Source of the DNA: an uncultured Planctomycetaceae bacterium
Lineage (GTDB): Bacteria; Planctomycetota; Planctomycetia; Isosphaerales; Isosphaeraceae
Direction: 5' to 3'
DNA length: 64,000 nucleotides
Assembly (NCBI GenBank): GCA_963833985.1
Contig: CAWIAD010000002.1
Span: 1,760,001 to 1,824,000 of the forward strand
Made by a program: the position numbers and the translations under genes. Shown here piece by piece: positions 1 through 10,200 of the stretch (its first letter is position 1; every line of letters begins with the position of its first letter). The notes under the pieces are model-generated. The model was given only the letters and a program-made list of their open reading frames with translations. It was not told the DNA's origin and searched no databases.

Positions 1-1909
1 CAGCGCCGCGATCGTCGAGCGTGATTTCCCATTCCAGGAAATCCGTCGCCAGGGGCCGTGCTTCGCGGCCGTTGACGACGACACGCGCGACGCGGCCGTT
101 GTCCACGGTGGTCCCCCGGACCAGCACGCGCCCGTCGGCCGACTTGCCCACCGACGTGATGATCGTGCACGGCGGACGGTCATCGATTCCCACGGGCAGA
201 GGCGTGTCCTGCCCCGGCGCGGCGGTTGGCCCCGTCAAGAGGAAGCTCGGTTGATTGACGCCCCGGCCGGTCATCCGCCCGTAGGGCCGCACCTGCGGAT
301 CGCGTCGAGGCATGAAGATGGCGTACTTGGCGTTCCGGACGTCGATGCCGTCGAGCACGATGGACGGCGCCCCCGGCTGAAATGCCCAGAGCGATTCCCA
401 GATCTTCAGGTCTCGAATCAGGAACGGGTGGCGCTCATCCGGCCCGACGCCGCCGGCGCCTTCGCCCATGTTCATGCCGCCGAGTTGCGCGTGGGCCTCG
501 TTCCCCTCGAACCTCAAGAACGGTAAGGTGCGGATATCCACAGGCTCGGTCCGTCCGTCCGCCAGCAGCACGGGCCGCAGCAGAGTGCCCGAGGAATCCG
601 CAACCGCCTCGTAGCGATAGCCGTAGCGATCGCATTCCACCGCGACATTGCGCGTGAAGCTGTTCAGGCTGTTGGCCCACCAGAACCCCGCTCCCTCGTT
701 GCGATCGAACTCCAGGAACTGGCCGGGCAAAGGCTTGCCGGCGAAGGCCTGGACCGCCAGGTTGCGATCGAGAATGTTGCGGGTCTCGCTGCCATCCTCC
801 AGGTAGAAGCCATGGCCGACCGAGCGGTAACCGACGCAGTCCCGGACCAGCAGATCATTCGTGCCGTGGATGGTGATCCAGCGGTTGCCGCTGTCCCAGA
901 TCGACGCACCGACGACCGAGCTGCCGCGCATCGTCTCGCCAACCTGGTGGAAATGCAGGCTGTATTTGCCCAGCACGCCCTCCTTGCCCAGATGCCGGAA
1001 TTCGGCGTACGAAATGGAACCGGCGGAGCCGCGGTGATACATCGTGTGGCCGCGCCCGCGTGCAGGGTCGGCCGATTCGACCACGACGTTGCGTGTCAGG
1101 TTGGCCACCTCGGCGCGGCCGTCGGACGATGCTTCATGAGCCAGGCCGAGCGGGAGATCGAGCTCGAGCCTGCGGTCAGCCACGACCTTGACGATCCGCT
1201 CCTCGGTGAACGAACTCCTGCCGCCCGCGACGCCGGCGCGCAGCGTGCCGCGCTCGCGGCCGTTGTTGTGCGTCTTTGTGGCCGTGATGATCACTCGATC
1301 GCCGGGTTGCCATCCGCGTACGGGTTCGGCCAGCACGACGGCACGGTCTCCGGGCCGGGCGGGCGCTCCCAGCTTGACCCAGGTTCGGTTCATGGGCGTC
1401 CGTGCAATTCCATGCGTCCGCCGCAGCAAACGATCGCCGGGCAGGTGTCGCGATCCATACCCTCCAGCGGCACCAGCCGGATCAGAGCGCGGCAGCCGGC
1501 GCACGGGCTGCTCGGCGGTGCCCACCAGAAGTGACGGCCTCGGACCGGCAGCCACCGGGCGCATCAGGTGAGCCGTGCAATCAAACCCGTCCGCGCTGAG
1601 CTTTTCCCCGGCCTCGATCCGGATCAGTCCCGCGCACAGCTCCGTGTCGCGGTCGGGCGCGAACGCAAGGGTGCCGGCGATGTGAATGGAACGGATCGCC
1701 TGGTTCGAGACCAGGTCGTAACGAACCGTGTGCCCGGCGCGGATGAGCACCACGGCTCCCGCGCCCGGGACCTTCCCTTTTTCCCAGGTTGCGGGCTCGG
1801 ACCAGGAGCCGGTGCGGGCGGACCGCAGAGGCGCTGGCTGGCCCGGGGGTTCCCCGGCAAGTGCGCAGGCCGTGCCGGCGAGAACGACGAACAATGCGAT
1901 GGCTGGCAT
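1..1909 (-). CDS. Secreted G8-domain protein with parallel beta-helix repeats (3' end outside window; two compensating frameshifts near 1501 and 1397)
   Basis: Manual translation from ATG 1909: signal peptide MPAIALFVVLAGTACALA, then SGSWS-like 'RTGSWSEPATWEKGKVPGAGAVVLIRAGHTVRYD' (G8 start), later 'PAIVCCGGRMELHG' and 'SYAEFRHLGKEGVLGKYSLHFH'. Missing from the ORF track because it runs off the window edge. Confidence 0.8.
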   Translation of the reverse strand, partial: MPAIALFVVLAGTACALAGEPPGQPAPLRSARTGSWSEPATWEKGKVPGAGAVVLIRAGHTVRYDLVSNQAIRSIHIAGTLAFAPDRDTELCAGLIRIEAGEKLSADGFDCTAHLMRPVAAGPRPSLLVGTAEQPVRRLPRSDPAGAAGGYGSRHLPGDRLLRRTHGIARTPMNRTWVKLGAPARPGDRAVVLAEPVRGWQPGDRVIITATKTHNNGRERGTLRAGVAGGRSSFTEERIVKVVADRRLELDLPLGLAHEASSDGRAEVANLTRNVVVESADPARGRGHTMYHRGSAGSISYAEFRHLGKEGVLGKYSLHFHQVGETMRGSSVVGASIWDSGNRWITIHGTNDLLVRDCVGYRSVGHGFYLEDGSETRNILDRNLAVQAFAGKPLPGQFLEFDRNEGAGFWWANSLNSFTRNVAVECDRYGYRYEAVADSSGTLLRPVLLADGRTEPVDIRTLPFLRFEGNEAHAQLGGMNMGEGAGGVGPDERHPFLIRDLKIWESLWAFQPGAPSIVLDGIDVRNAKYAIFMPRRDPQVRPYGRMTGRGVNQPSFLLTGPTAAPGQDTPLPVGIDDRPPCTIITSVGKSADGRVLVRGTTVDNGRVARVVVNGREARPLATDFLEWEITLDDRGA

Positions 1910-2256
1910 GGTGCTGAACAACCTCACCGGCGCTGCGTTCCGGTACCCCGCTCATGGAGAGACGTTCACGCGGACAGGAGGATATGATGATCGCCTCTGC
2001 CGGTTTTATCCACCCTGCTTCCGACCGCGATTCGTGGCCATGTCCGGAGGACCGTTTGCGGCTTCGGAACACCCGCGAAGGCCCGGGAGTTCCCGGGGCC
2101 GCCGAGGCGACGCTCGACCCATGGCCAAGCGTGACGCGACTGGGTTATGCTGGGAGTCGAGTTTCGATCTGCCAGAGAGCGATCCACCCGTGACTGACAC
2201 GAAGGGGACCCGCGCGGAGCCGATTCATACCGGACCATTTGGGGCGAGGGAACGAC

Positions 2257-2655
2257 GTGGAAGCGACCATCGTGGTGGCCGAGGATGATGCCGAACTGCG
2301 CGGTCTTTACGCTCGCCTCCTCCGTCAGGCCGGCCACAAGGTCTGGGAAGCAGCCGATGGTGCCGAGGCACTGGCGGCCGTGGATTCGTACCGGCCGGAC
2401 CTGCTGCTGCTGGATATCTGGATGCCCATACTGAACGGGCTGGAAGTCCTGGAACGCCTGCGCTGCGCCCCGCCCAGCGTGAGTCTCAAGGTGGTTGTGC
2501 TCTCGCACCAGGGAGACTCCGACACACGGCTGGAAGGGTTCGCACTGGGTGTCGCGGATTACTGGACCAAGGATCTGTCGCTCGCCGAGCTGAGCGACCG
2601 GATCGAATCGCTGCTGCGGACGCCTCCCGCGGCCGGCTGCGTCTCCAACGATTGA
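2257..2655 (+). CDS. Single-domain response regulator (receiver)
   Basis: VVAEDD...PDLLLLDIWMPILNGLEVL...VVVLS...DYWTK receiver motifs; GTG start at 2257 assumed. Confidence 0.9.
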   Translation: MEATIVVAEDDAELRGLYARLLRQAGHKVWEAADGAEALAAVDSYRPDLLLLDIWMPILNGLEVLERLRCAPPSVSLKVVVLSHQGDSDTRLEGFALGVADYWTKDLSLAELSDRIESLLRTPPAAGCVSND

Positions 2656-2758
2656 AGGAATTCGCCCTGTTCGCGGGCCGAGAACGCAACTGGCGGGAGT
2701 GCCCCCGGACGCCAGGACGGGTCATCGCCCGGGGGAGAGCGGGAGCTGCCTGACTGAC

Positions 2759-4156
2759 ATGCCGACGGAATACCAGGATCGCCTCGACTTTCTGTATGGC
2801 CGGCTGAACTACGAATGGGTGGGGATGCCGCGAATTCCCAGCGAGCTGCGGCTCGGGCGGATGCGCCGGCTGATGCGGAATCTGGGAGATCCTCACCTCG
2901 GCTTGCGTGTCATTCACATCGCCGGCACCAAGGGGAAAGGCTCGACGGCCGCGATGATGGCCGCGGCGTTGTCCGCCGCCGGCTTCCGCGCCGGCCTCTA
3001 CAGCTCGCCCCACCTGCACCAGCTGGAAGAGCGGTTCAGCGTGGACGGACGCCCTGCCTCGCCGGGCGAGCTGGTCAGCCTTGTGGACGAGGTACGGCCC
3101 GCCGTCGAGAAGCTGGAAATGGACGACCCGCACCTGGTGAACCACCGGGGCGCGACGTTCTTCGAGATCACCACGGCCATGGGACTGCTGCACTTCGCCC
3201 GCCGCCAGGTGGATGTCGTGGTCCTGGAGGTGGGCCTGGGGGGGCGGCTGGACTCGACCAACGTGGTTCACCCGACCATCGCCATCATCACCAGCATCGC
3301 CTTTGACCACGTCCGTCAGCTCGGCAACTCACTGGGTGCGATCGCCACCGAAAAAGCCGGCATCCTCAAGCGGTCGCGGCCGGCGGTCAGCGGCGTGACC
3401 GAGCCAGAACCGCGGCAGGCGATCGCCCGTGTGGCGACACGGCGGCGCTGCCGGGTTCGCGAGCTCGGCCCCGATTTTCAGTACCAGGCCACATTGCCGA
3501 CTCAGCCGCTTTCCGTGCCAACGCCCGCCAGCGTCGAGGTCAGCACCTGGCGATCGAACTGGGGGAGCATCGAGCTGCCCTTGCTGGGGGCTCACCAGGC
3601 GCGGAACGCGGCCGTCGCGCTGGCCGGGCTGGACCTGCTGGCCGAAGTGGAGCCTGCGCTCCAGGTCGATCGCGCGGCGGTCCTCCGCGGCTTCGCCGGC
3701 CTGCGCTGGCCTGCCCGGGTGGAGGTGCTCGGAGAATCGCCCTGGATGATCATTGACGGTGCTCATAACGTGGCCTCGGCCCAGGCACTGGCCGACACGC
3801 TGGTGAGCTGTTTCCCGGCGCTGCCGCGAACGCTCATCTTCGGCACGACGCGTGACAAGGACCTTCAGGGTCAGCTCCGCCTGCTACTTCCCCTGTTCGA
3901 CACCCTGATTGCGACCCGCTACGTGGAAAACCCGCGCGCGGTGGCCCCCGAAGACATTGCCCTGGCGATCGCCGCCGTGGATGGACGGACCGCGCGCGTC
4001 ACCCAGAGTCCCGCCGAAGCTCTGGAGCTGGCGCTGCGCTCCAGCAGTGCCTCGTCCCTGGTCTGCGTGACTGGCTCGCTCTTTCTGGCCGCGGAAGCCC
4101 GGGCCATCGTGCTTGGCCTTGCCTCGCCACAGCCATTCCGCGGAGTCGTGATCTGA
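2759..4156 (+). CDS. folC: Folylpolyglutamate synthase/dihydrofolate synthase
   Basis: IHIAGTKGKGST, YSSPHL, TFFEITT, LEVGLGGRLDSTN, DGAHN, GSLFL motifs. Confidence 0.95.
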   Translation: MPTEYQDRLDFLYGRLNYEWVGMPRIPSELRLGRMRRLMRNLGDPHLGLRVIHIAGTKGKGSTAAMMAAALSAAGFRAGLYSSPHLHQLEERFSVDGRPASPGELVSLVDEVRPAVEKLEMDDPHLVNHRGATFFEITTAMGLLHFARRQVDVVVLEVGLGGRLDSTNVVHPTIAIITSIAFDHVRQLGNSLGAIATEKAGILKRSRPAVSGVTEPEPRQAIARVATRRRCRVRELGPDFQYQATLPTQPLSVPTPASVEVSTWRSNWGSIELPLLGAHQARNAAVALAGLDLLAEVEPALQVDRAAVLRGFAGLRWPARVEVLGESPWMIIDGAHNVASAQALADTLVSCFPALPRTLIFGTTRDKDLQGQLRLLLPLFDTLIATRYVENPRAVAPEDIALAIAAVDGRTARVTQSPAEALELALRSSSASSLVCVTGSLFLAAEARAIVLGLASPQPFRGVVI

Positions 4157-4224
4157 GTGCACCGCCCCGTGTGCGGGAGGGACCCCGGCAGCCGGCTGCC
4201 GGACAACCGATGGGAGAGAGGGTC

Positions 4225-4608
4225 ATGAGAGACGGTTTCTGGTTCCAGATCGGCTCGGTCTGGGGCTTCCTGGCCGTGGCCATGGGAGCCTTCGGTGCAC
4301 ACGGCCTGAAGGAACGGCTCACGGAGCTGGGACAGGCCGCGACGTTCCAGACCGGCGCGAACTATCACATGTACTGTGCCCTGGCTTTGCTGGCGCTGGG
4401 GCTCCTGGTGATGACGGGCCGGAACGGCACGGCCGCGAGCATTGCCGGCTGGTCGCTGCTGGCCGGTTCGATCATCTTCTCGGGAACGCTGTACCTGCTG
4501 GCCGTGACGGGAATCAGGTGGCTGGGGGCGATCACGCCGATCGGCGGCGTCGCCATGCTTGTGGGCTGGGCCGCCCTGGCGGTGGCCGCCGGGAACAGCG
4601 GGCGGTAG
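4225..4608 (+). CDS. DUF423 (YgdD/TMEM256) membrane protein
   Basis: GAFGAHGL, FQTGANYHMY, IFSGTLYLLA, LGAITPIGG. Confidence 0.9.
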   Translation: MRDGFWFQIGSVWGFLAVAMGAFGAHGLKERLTELGQAATFQTGANYHMYCALALLALGLLVMTGRNGTAASIAGWSLLAGSIIFSGTLYLLAVTGIRWLGAITPIGGVAMLVGWAALAVAAGNSGR

Positions 4609-4654
4609 TCATGAGCTTGCAAGCGGCCCTTCCTGCTCCATCGAGGTATTCCGC

Positions 4655-5254
4655 ATGAGCCAGTACATCATCTCCGTGACGGCGGCTGACCGCGTCGGGA
4701 TCGTCTACTCGGTCACCGGGGCGCTTCTGGATCTGGGCGGGAACATCCTCGAGCTCAGCCAGACGGTGATGCGTGGGTATTTCACGATCATTCTGGAGGT
4801 TGAGTTCCCCGTGCCGCACTCGGCGCGGGAGCTCGCCGGGACGATCCTGGATCGAGGCAAGCGGTTCGACCCCCAGGTACTGGTGACCGAGGTCGCCAGC
4901 GCCAGCGAGCCGCAGGCGGGGTCGGCGGGGGAGCGATTCATCCTCACCGTGCTGGGCGACGACGCTCCGGGAATCATCCACGGGATCGCCGGCTGTCTCG
5001 CCGCGCACGGTGTCAACATCGTTGACCTGCACGCGCGACTGGAAGCCGCGCGGTTCTCGATGGTGATGGAGGCGATGATTCCGCAGGACCTGACCCCCGA
5101 GACCATCCGCTCCGAGCTCGAGCGGTTCGGCAGGGCGCAGAAGGTGGAGGCCTACGTCCAGCACGAGAACATTTTCCTGGCGACCACAGAACCGCGCCCC
5201 GTGCGCGTGGGCCCGGCCGCCAGAGCCCAAGGAGACGCCCTTGCACCGCACTGA
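4655..5254 (+). CDS. Double ACT-domain protein (GcvR-like)
   Basis: ISVTAADRVGIV...GGNILELSQT and LTVLGDDAPGII...VNIVDL; C-terminal QHENIF; overlaps the DUF711 gene. Confidence 0.85.
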   Translation: MSQYIISVTAADRVGIVYSVTGALLDLGGNILELSQTVMRGYFTIILEVEFPVPHSARELAGTILDRGKRFDPQVLVTEVASASEPQAGSAGERFILTVLGDDAPGIIHGIAGCLAAHGVNIVDLHARLEAARFSMVMEAMIPQDLTPETIRSELERFGRAQKVEAYVQHENIFLATTEPRPVRVGPAARAQGDALAPH

Positions 5255-6617
5255 AGACGTCCTGGCCACGCTCAGCATGATCCGCCAGTACAAGCTGGAT
5301 GTCCGCACGGTGACGATGGGCATCGACCTTCAGCCCTGTGCCGCGCCCGATCTTTCGACTCTGTGCGAACGGATTCGCGACCGCCTGGTGCATTACTCCG
5401 GCCGGCTTCGCGCGGTCTGCCGCGAGGTTGAGAGCCGCTACGGCATCCCCATCGTGAACCGCCGGATCGCGGTCAGCCCGATCGGCTGGGTGGCCGCCGG
5501 CCAGAAGTCGGAAGGATTGGTGGCCATCGCCCACACGCTCGACGCCGTGGCCGCCGAGGTGGGCGTCGACCTGGTCGGCGGCTTTTCCGCGCTGGTGCAG
5601 AAAGGGTGGACCGAGGCGGAACGCCGTCTCATCATCGCCCTGCCCGAGGTCCTCTCGACCACCCAGCGCGTCTGCGCGTCGGTGAACGTGGGCACCACAG
5701 CGGCCGGAATGAACATGGATGCCATTCTTGCTCTCGGACACGTGCTCAAGGAAACGGCCGAGCGTACGCGCGACCACGACGGCTTCGGATGCGCGAAGCT
5801 GGTGATCTTTGCCAACGCGCCGAGCGACAACCCGTTCATGGCCGGCGCGTTCCACGGACCGGGTGAGCCTGACTGCGTGATCAACATTGGCGTGAGCGGA
5901 CCCGGTGTCGTGAAGGCGGCCGTCGAGGACCTGATCGCTCATGCGCCCACGCGGCCCACGCTGGGCGAGATCGCCGAGGAGATCAAGAGCACGGCGTTCC
6001 GCGTGACGCGGGTGGGTGAGCTGATCGGCCGCGAGGTCGCCGCGCGCCTGGGCGTCCCGTTCGGCATCGTGGACCTGTCGCTGGCTCCCACGCCGCAGGT
6101 GGGCGATAGCGTGGGCGAGATCCTCCAGGCCATGGGCGTGGTCCGGATTGGCGCACCGGGATCAACCGCGGCGCTGGCGTTGCTGAACGACGCCGTGAAG
6201 AAGGGCGGGTCGTTCGCCTCGTCGAGCGTGGGCGGGCTTTCGGGGGCGTTTGTGGCCGTCAGCGAGGATGCCGCGCTGGCACGCGCGGTGGAAGTCGGCG
6301 ACCTCACGCTCGCCAAGCTCGAGGCCATGACCGCCGTCTGCTCGGTGGGCCTGGACATGATTGCCGTTCCGGGCGACACCGACGCGGAGACGCTGGCCGC
6401 TCTCATTGCCGACGAGGTGGCCATCGGCGTGATCAACCACAAGACGACGGCGGTGCGGGTGATCCCCGTTCCCGGCAAGGCGGCCGGCGAGCGCGCGGTC
6501 TTCGGCGGCCTGTTCGGCGAGACGGCCATCCTGCCGGTCCATGCCGCGGGCGGTTCGACCCTCTTCGTCCGCCACGGCGGACGCATCCCCGCGCCCCTGT
6601 CAAGCCTGCGCAATTAA
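5241..6617 (+). CDS. PFL family / UPF0210 (DUF711) protein
   Basis: LDVRTVTMGI, GIPIVNRRIAVSPI, DNPFMAGAFHG, KLEAMTAVCSVGLDMI, GGRIPAP. Confidence 0.92.
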   Translation: MHRTEDVLATLSMIRQYKLDVRTVTMGIDLQPCAAPDLSTLCERIRDRLVHYSGRLRAVCREVESRYGIPIVNRRIAVSPIGWVAAGQKSEGLVAIAHTLDAVAAEVGVDLVGGFSALVQKGWTEAERRLIIALPEVLSTTQRVCASVNVGTTAAGMNMDAILALGHVLKETAERTRDHDGFGCAKLVIFANAPSDNPFMAGAFHGPGEPDCVINIGVSGPGVVKAAVEDLIAHAPTRPTLGEIAEEIKSTAFRVTRVGELIGREVAARLGVPFGIVDLSLAPTPQVGDSVGEILQAMGVVRIGAPGSTAALALLNDAVKKGGSFASSSVGGLSGAFVAVSEDAALARAVEVGDLTLAKLEAMTAVCSVGLDMIAVPGDTDAETLAALIADEVAIGVINHKTTAVRVIPVPGKAAGERAVFGGLFGETAILPVHAAGGSTLFVRHGGRIPAPLSSLRN

Positions 6618-6738
6618 AAAAATCCGAAAAACCTTTTGGCGGAAAAGCCGAGGCTCGGTACACTTTCCGCCAATCGGTTCGATCGCATCGGATGCACTTG
6701 CTCGGATAGCACCCCAGGCATCAGCGGAGGATGGAGTC

Positions 6739-7614
6739 ATGATGACGCCCGCACGGATCGTGCGTACGATCGGTATTGCGGCCCTGATCGGCTGGATGGG
6801 CATGGTCGGCTGGGTTGCCAAGACCACCATGGCACAGAACGGCGGCCAGAGCCCCGCGCCACTGCCTCCTGTCGCGAGTGTGGATCCCGCACCGGTGGCA
6901 CCTCAGGCAGATGTCAAACCGCAGCGATTGCCGGGGGATGCTCTGCTGGATGCCCCAGGCGCCGGCTCGGCGGGGAAGGCCGCACGTCCGGCTGACGCCA
7001 CTTCCAGCCCGCCTTTACCAATGCCCGTCGCCGCGAAGACCGGCGAGCCGCCGGCCATTGCGCCGGCCCTGGCCGACGCTCCCGCCGCCGCTTCGGCCGT
7101 GAGTGTGCCCTCGGCGCCACTTGCCGCCGCTTCGGGCCTGACTGTACCCTCGCCGCTCCCTGCCGCTCCCGCCGAGAGCCAGTCCGCCCCACCCAGCGAC
7201 GACCCCGAGCAGGCCGCACGGACTTTCGTGGAGCGGAACCAGAGGGAAGCCGAGGAGCACCTGAAGGCCCTCACCGACGAGGCCCAGCAGCTTCGCGCCC
7301 GCCTGGCCAAACTCGAGTCGGGCATCAAGAAGTGGCAAGCCCTGGTCACGGCGCTGAAGGGTTCCCAGGCCCAGTCCGTGAACTCGGCGGCCATCACGCC
7401 CGGGGCCGAAGATGCCGGGGACCTGGAGCCGATCAGGCCGGCAGGCCCCGGCGGTATGCACTCGGACAAGCGCGTCAAGTGGGCCAGTGCATCGGCGGCG
7501 ACCGCGGCCGCGGACATGGCCCCAGCCGCTCAGCCGCAGCCGGTGGCGAACCCGGAACCAGCCGTCCAGGTTCCCGTGGTGCAGCCGGCGCAGGTCTTGC
7601 CCGGACCACGCTGA
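6739..7614 (+). CDS. Exported or membrane-anchored Pro/Ala-rich protein with a coiled coil
   Basis: N-terminal hydrophobic segment, low-complexity linker, 'DDPEQAARTFVERNQREAEEHLKAL' heptads; GGAG before the start. Confidence 0.65.
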   Translation: MMTPARIVRTIGIAALIGWMGMVGWVAKTTMAQNGGQSPAPLPPVASVDPAPVAPQADVKPQRLPGDALLDAPGAGSAGKAARPADATSSPPLPMPVAAKTGEPPAIAPALADAPAAASAVSVPSAPLAAASGLTVPSPLPAAPAESQSAPPSDDPEQAARTFVERNQREAEEHLKALTDEAQQLRARLAKLESGIKKWQALVTALKGSQAQSVNSAAITPGAEDAGDLEPIRPAGPGGMHSDKRVKWASASAATAAADMAPAAQPQPVANPEPAVQVPVVQPAQVLPGPR

Positions 7615-7645
7615 GAAGAACCGAAGTGCGGGCGTCGGGCTCGTT

Positions 7646-8404
7646 TCAGGCCGCAAGCACTTCCGAGAGCAAGGCTCGGGTGGCCTCCTGGCTCGGTTCC
7701 TCGAAGATCTGACCGGGCGGGCCGGATTCAATGATCTTGCCCTCGCCGAAGACGTGCACGGTGTGCGCGACGCGCCGGGCGAACTGCATGGCGTGCGTCA
7801 CAATCACCATGGTCAATCCGTCCCCGGCCAGGTCGGTCATCACTTCCAGGACCTGGCCGGTCATCCGTGGGTCGAGGGCGCTGGTCGGCTCGTCAAAGAG
7901 CATCACCTTCGGCTCCATGGCCAGCGCCCGGGCGATCGCCACCCGCTGTTGCTGGCCGCCGGAAAGCTCGCGCGGCCGCGCCTCTTGCTTGTCGATCATG
8001 CCCACTCGCGCGAGCAGCCGGCGCGCCCGCTCCATCGCCTCGTCGCCGCCCAGGCCCAGCACGTGCACAGGGCCTTCCATCACGTTCTCCAGCACGGTCC
8101 GGTGCGGGAACAGGTTGAAGGCCTGGAAGACCATGCCGACACGCCGGCAGACCTGGCCGAAAGTCCTGGTCCGCTCGCCCTGGCCATCGCTGGCGGAGAC
8201 GTGCAGTCCGTCGATGCTCAGGGAGCCGGACTGGAACGTCTCCAGTCCGTTCAGGCAGCGCAGGAACGTGCTCTTACCGCTTCCCGACGGTCCGATGATC
8301 GCCGCCACCTCGCCGCTCCGGACCGTCAAGCTCACGCCCTTCAAGATCTCGGCCGAACCGTACCACTTCCCCAGGCTGCTCACCTCGATCATGCTCGTGC
8401 TCAT
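7646..8404 (-). CDS. Polar amino acid ABC transporter ATP-binding protein (GlnQ-like)
   Basis: GPSGSGKST, LSGGQQQRVAIARAL, FDEPTSALDP; ATGA overlap with the upstream gene. Confidence 0.95.
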   Translation of the reverse strand: MSTSMIEVSSLGKWYGSAEILKGVSLTVRSGEVAAIIGPSGSGKSTFLRCLNGLETFQSGSLSIDGLHVSASDGQGERTRTFGQVCRRVGMVFQAFNLFPHRTVLENVMEGPVHVLGLGGDEAMERARRLLARVGMIDKQEARPRELSGGQQQRVAIARALAMEPKVMLFDEPTSALDPRMTGQVLEVMTDLAGDGLTMVIVTHAMQFARRVAHTVHVFGEGKIIESGPPGQIFEEPSQEATRALLSEVLAA

Positions 8405-10110
8405 TGCGAAGCCCCTCCATTCGCGGCGGATCCGCTCATTCGTTGTTCTGACCACCGAGAGAACCAGGACAGTGGCAAGCTCATCATCAGGTAGAGCACC
8501 GAAGCCGCCAGTGCGAACTCGACGGCTCCTCCGGTGCTGTTGCCAAGAATCGAGTACTCCTTGGTGAGCTCGATGAGGGTGATCACCGAGCAGACCGACG
8601 TGTCCTTGAACAGGGCGATGAAGTCGTTGGTGACGGGCGGGATCACGATCCGCACGGCCTGGGGAATGATGACCCGCCGCAAGGCCTGCCAGCGTGACAT
8701 CCCCAGCGCGAGTGCGGCCTCCATCTGCCCGCGCGGAATCGCCTCCAGTCCGGCCCGGTAGATCTCGGCCTCGTAGGCGGAATAATTGATCGCCAGGCCG
8801 CCGATGCCTGCCACCCAGGGAGGCAGCTTGAGCAGGAAGAAGAGCACGAAGAGCTGGAGCATGAGCGGCGTGCCGCGGATCAGCTCGATATATCCCGAGA
8901 GGAGCACCCGCAAGGGCCCCGGTCCATGCAGCCGGCCGACCGCGATCATGAGCCCCAGCAGCATGGCCAGCGGCATGGAAGAGACCGCCAGGATGATGGT
9001 CACCCCGGCCGCTTCCAGCAGGCGCGAGGCGTACCGGTTGACCAGGGGCCAGCCGCGTTCGTCCGTCTCGCCGGAGATGACCGCCAGCGGTCCCGTGAAG
9101 CTCTCCAGCTCGCGCTGGGCCTCGGTCCAGATGCCGTACTTCTCGTACAGCCGGCGCAGGAAACCACTCGCGATGAGCCTGCCCAGGGAGGCGTCGAGCG
9201 CGTCGCGCAGCTCCTCGTTTCCAGCCCGGGCGTAGATCACGTAATAGCCGTGAGACACCGGCGCGCCCGCCTGCTCCAGCCCGGGGTATCGACCGCCATA
9301 GAACCGTGCCGCGGGAAGGTCTTGCAGGGTCGCGTCATACTGCCCGTTCTGAACGGCGGTCATGGCGTCGGTGGCGCCGCTGAACTGGACGGCGTGGACG
9401 TTGCCATTGCCCGCACCGGCGATGAATGCGTCGGCCGACGAACCAGCCAGCACGCCCACGGTCCAGCGTCCTCCGCCGGGACGGGCCTGCTTCAGGTCGT
9501 CCCAGGAGCGAAGCTTGCTGCCGCGTGGCACCATGAGCTGCAACTGGTAGACGTAGTAAGGGCGGGTCGCCAGGTAATCCCGGGCCCTCGGCTCGGTCCA
9601 CTCGTAGCCGTTCAGGACGATGTCGCTCTGGCCCAGGTCGAGCAGCCGCAAGAGCATGTCCCACTGGCCCTGGCGGAACTCGGGCCGCACGCCCAGGTCC
9701 TGCGCCAGCATGCCCATGAGCTCGACCTCGAAGCCGGTGACGTCGCGCGGCGATTCCGGGTTCGGGTACGCGTACGGTCCTCCGCCCTCCATGTCGCTGC
9801 CGTAGCGGAGCTTCTGCGAAGTGCGCACGCGATCCAGCCCGGCGTCGCCAGCCAGTGCGCAGTACGGCACGGCCAGCAGCACAAGGCCGGTCAGAAGCAG
9901 GCAGAGAGTGGTGCGGCATCCCGGTGGCCGACCAGTCAGTCGGGTGGCGAAGCAGACCGAGGTTCGGTCCAGCAGACGTGAGACAGGCCGGAGAGGCCAG
10001 GGGGAAGCGGAATGAGCCGTCAGGGGCTCGCGACTCGGTTGAGGGTTCGGGTCGGAAGGGTCAGAGGACGATGCATCGGATTCCGATGCGCCAGGGTCTT
10101 CTTCCATCAA
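8401..10110 (-). CDS. Polar amino acid ABC transporter, fused substrate-binding + permease protein (start uncertain)
   Basis: SBP family 3 (GFEVEL...) followed by permease motifs RGTPLMLQL, SAYEAEIYRAG, GQMEAALALGM, FKDTS. Confidence 0.92.
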   Translation of the reverse strand: MMEEDPGASESDASSSDPSDPNPQPSREPLTAHSASPWPLRPVSRLLDRTSVCFATRLTGRPPGCRTTLCLLLTGLVLLAVPYCALAGDAGLDRVRTSQKLRYGSDMEGGGPYAYPNPESPRDVTGFEVELMGMLAQDLGVRPEFRQGQWDMLLRLLDLGQSDIVLNGYEWTEPRARDYLATRPYYVYQLQLMVPRGSKLRSWDDLKQARPGGGRWTVGVLAGSSADAFIAGAGNGNVHAVQFSGATDAMTAVQNGQYDATLQDLPAARFYGGRYPGLEQAGAPVSHGYYVIYARAGNEELRDALDASLGRLIASGFLRRLYEKYGIWTEAQRELESFTGPLAVISGETDERGWPLVNRYASRLLEAAGVTIILAVSSMPLAMLLGLMIAVGRLHGPGPLRVLLSGYIELIRGTPLMLQLFVLFFLLKLPPWVAGIGGLAINYSAYEAEIYRAGLEAIPRGQMEAALALGMSRWQALRRVIIPQAVRIVIPPVTNDFIALFKDTSVCSVITLIELTKEYSILGNSTGGAVEFALAASVLYLMMSLPLSWFSRWSEQRMSGSAANGGASQ

Positions 10111-10200
10111 GATACCTCTTTCGCCCCGCGGGCGCAGGATGTCCAGACGGATGGAATTCGATGGAGCCGGAGATAATCATTGGATCCGAGCGGACCGGAT

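Noticed and set aside
1397..1501. Compensating frameshift pair in the G8 gene as a real recoding event
   Set aside because: The family-like sequence (PAIVCCGGRM) lies in the shifted frame; most simply two sequencing indels.
4655..6617. ACT + DUF711 pair as a novel system
   Set aside because: This is a widespread, long-recognised gene pair with nothing unusual here.
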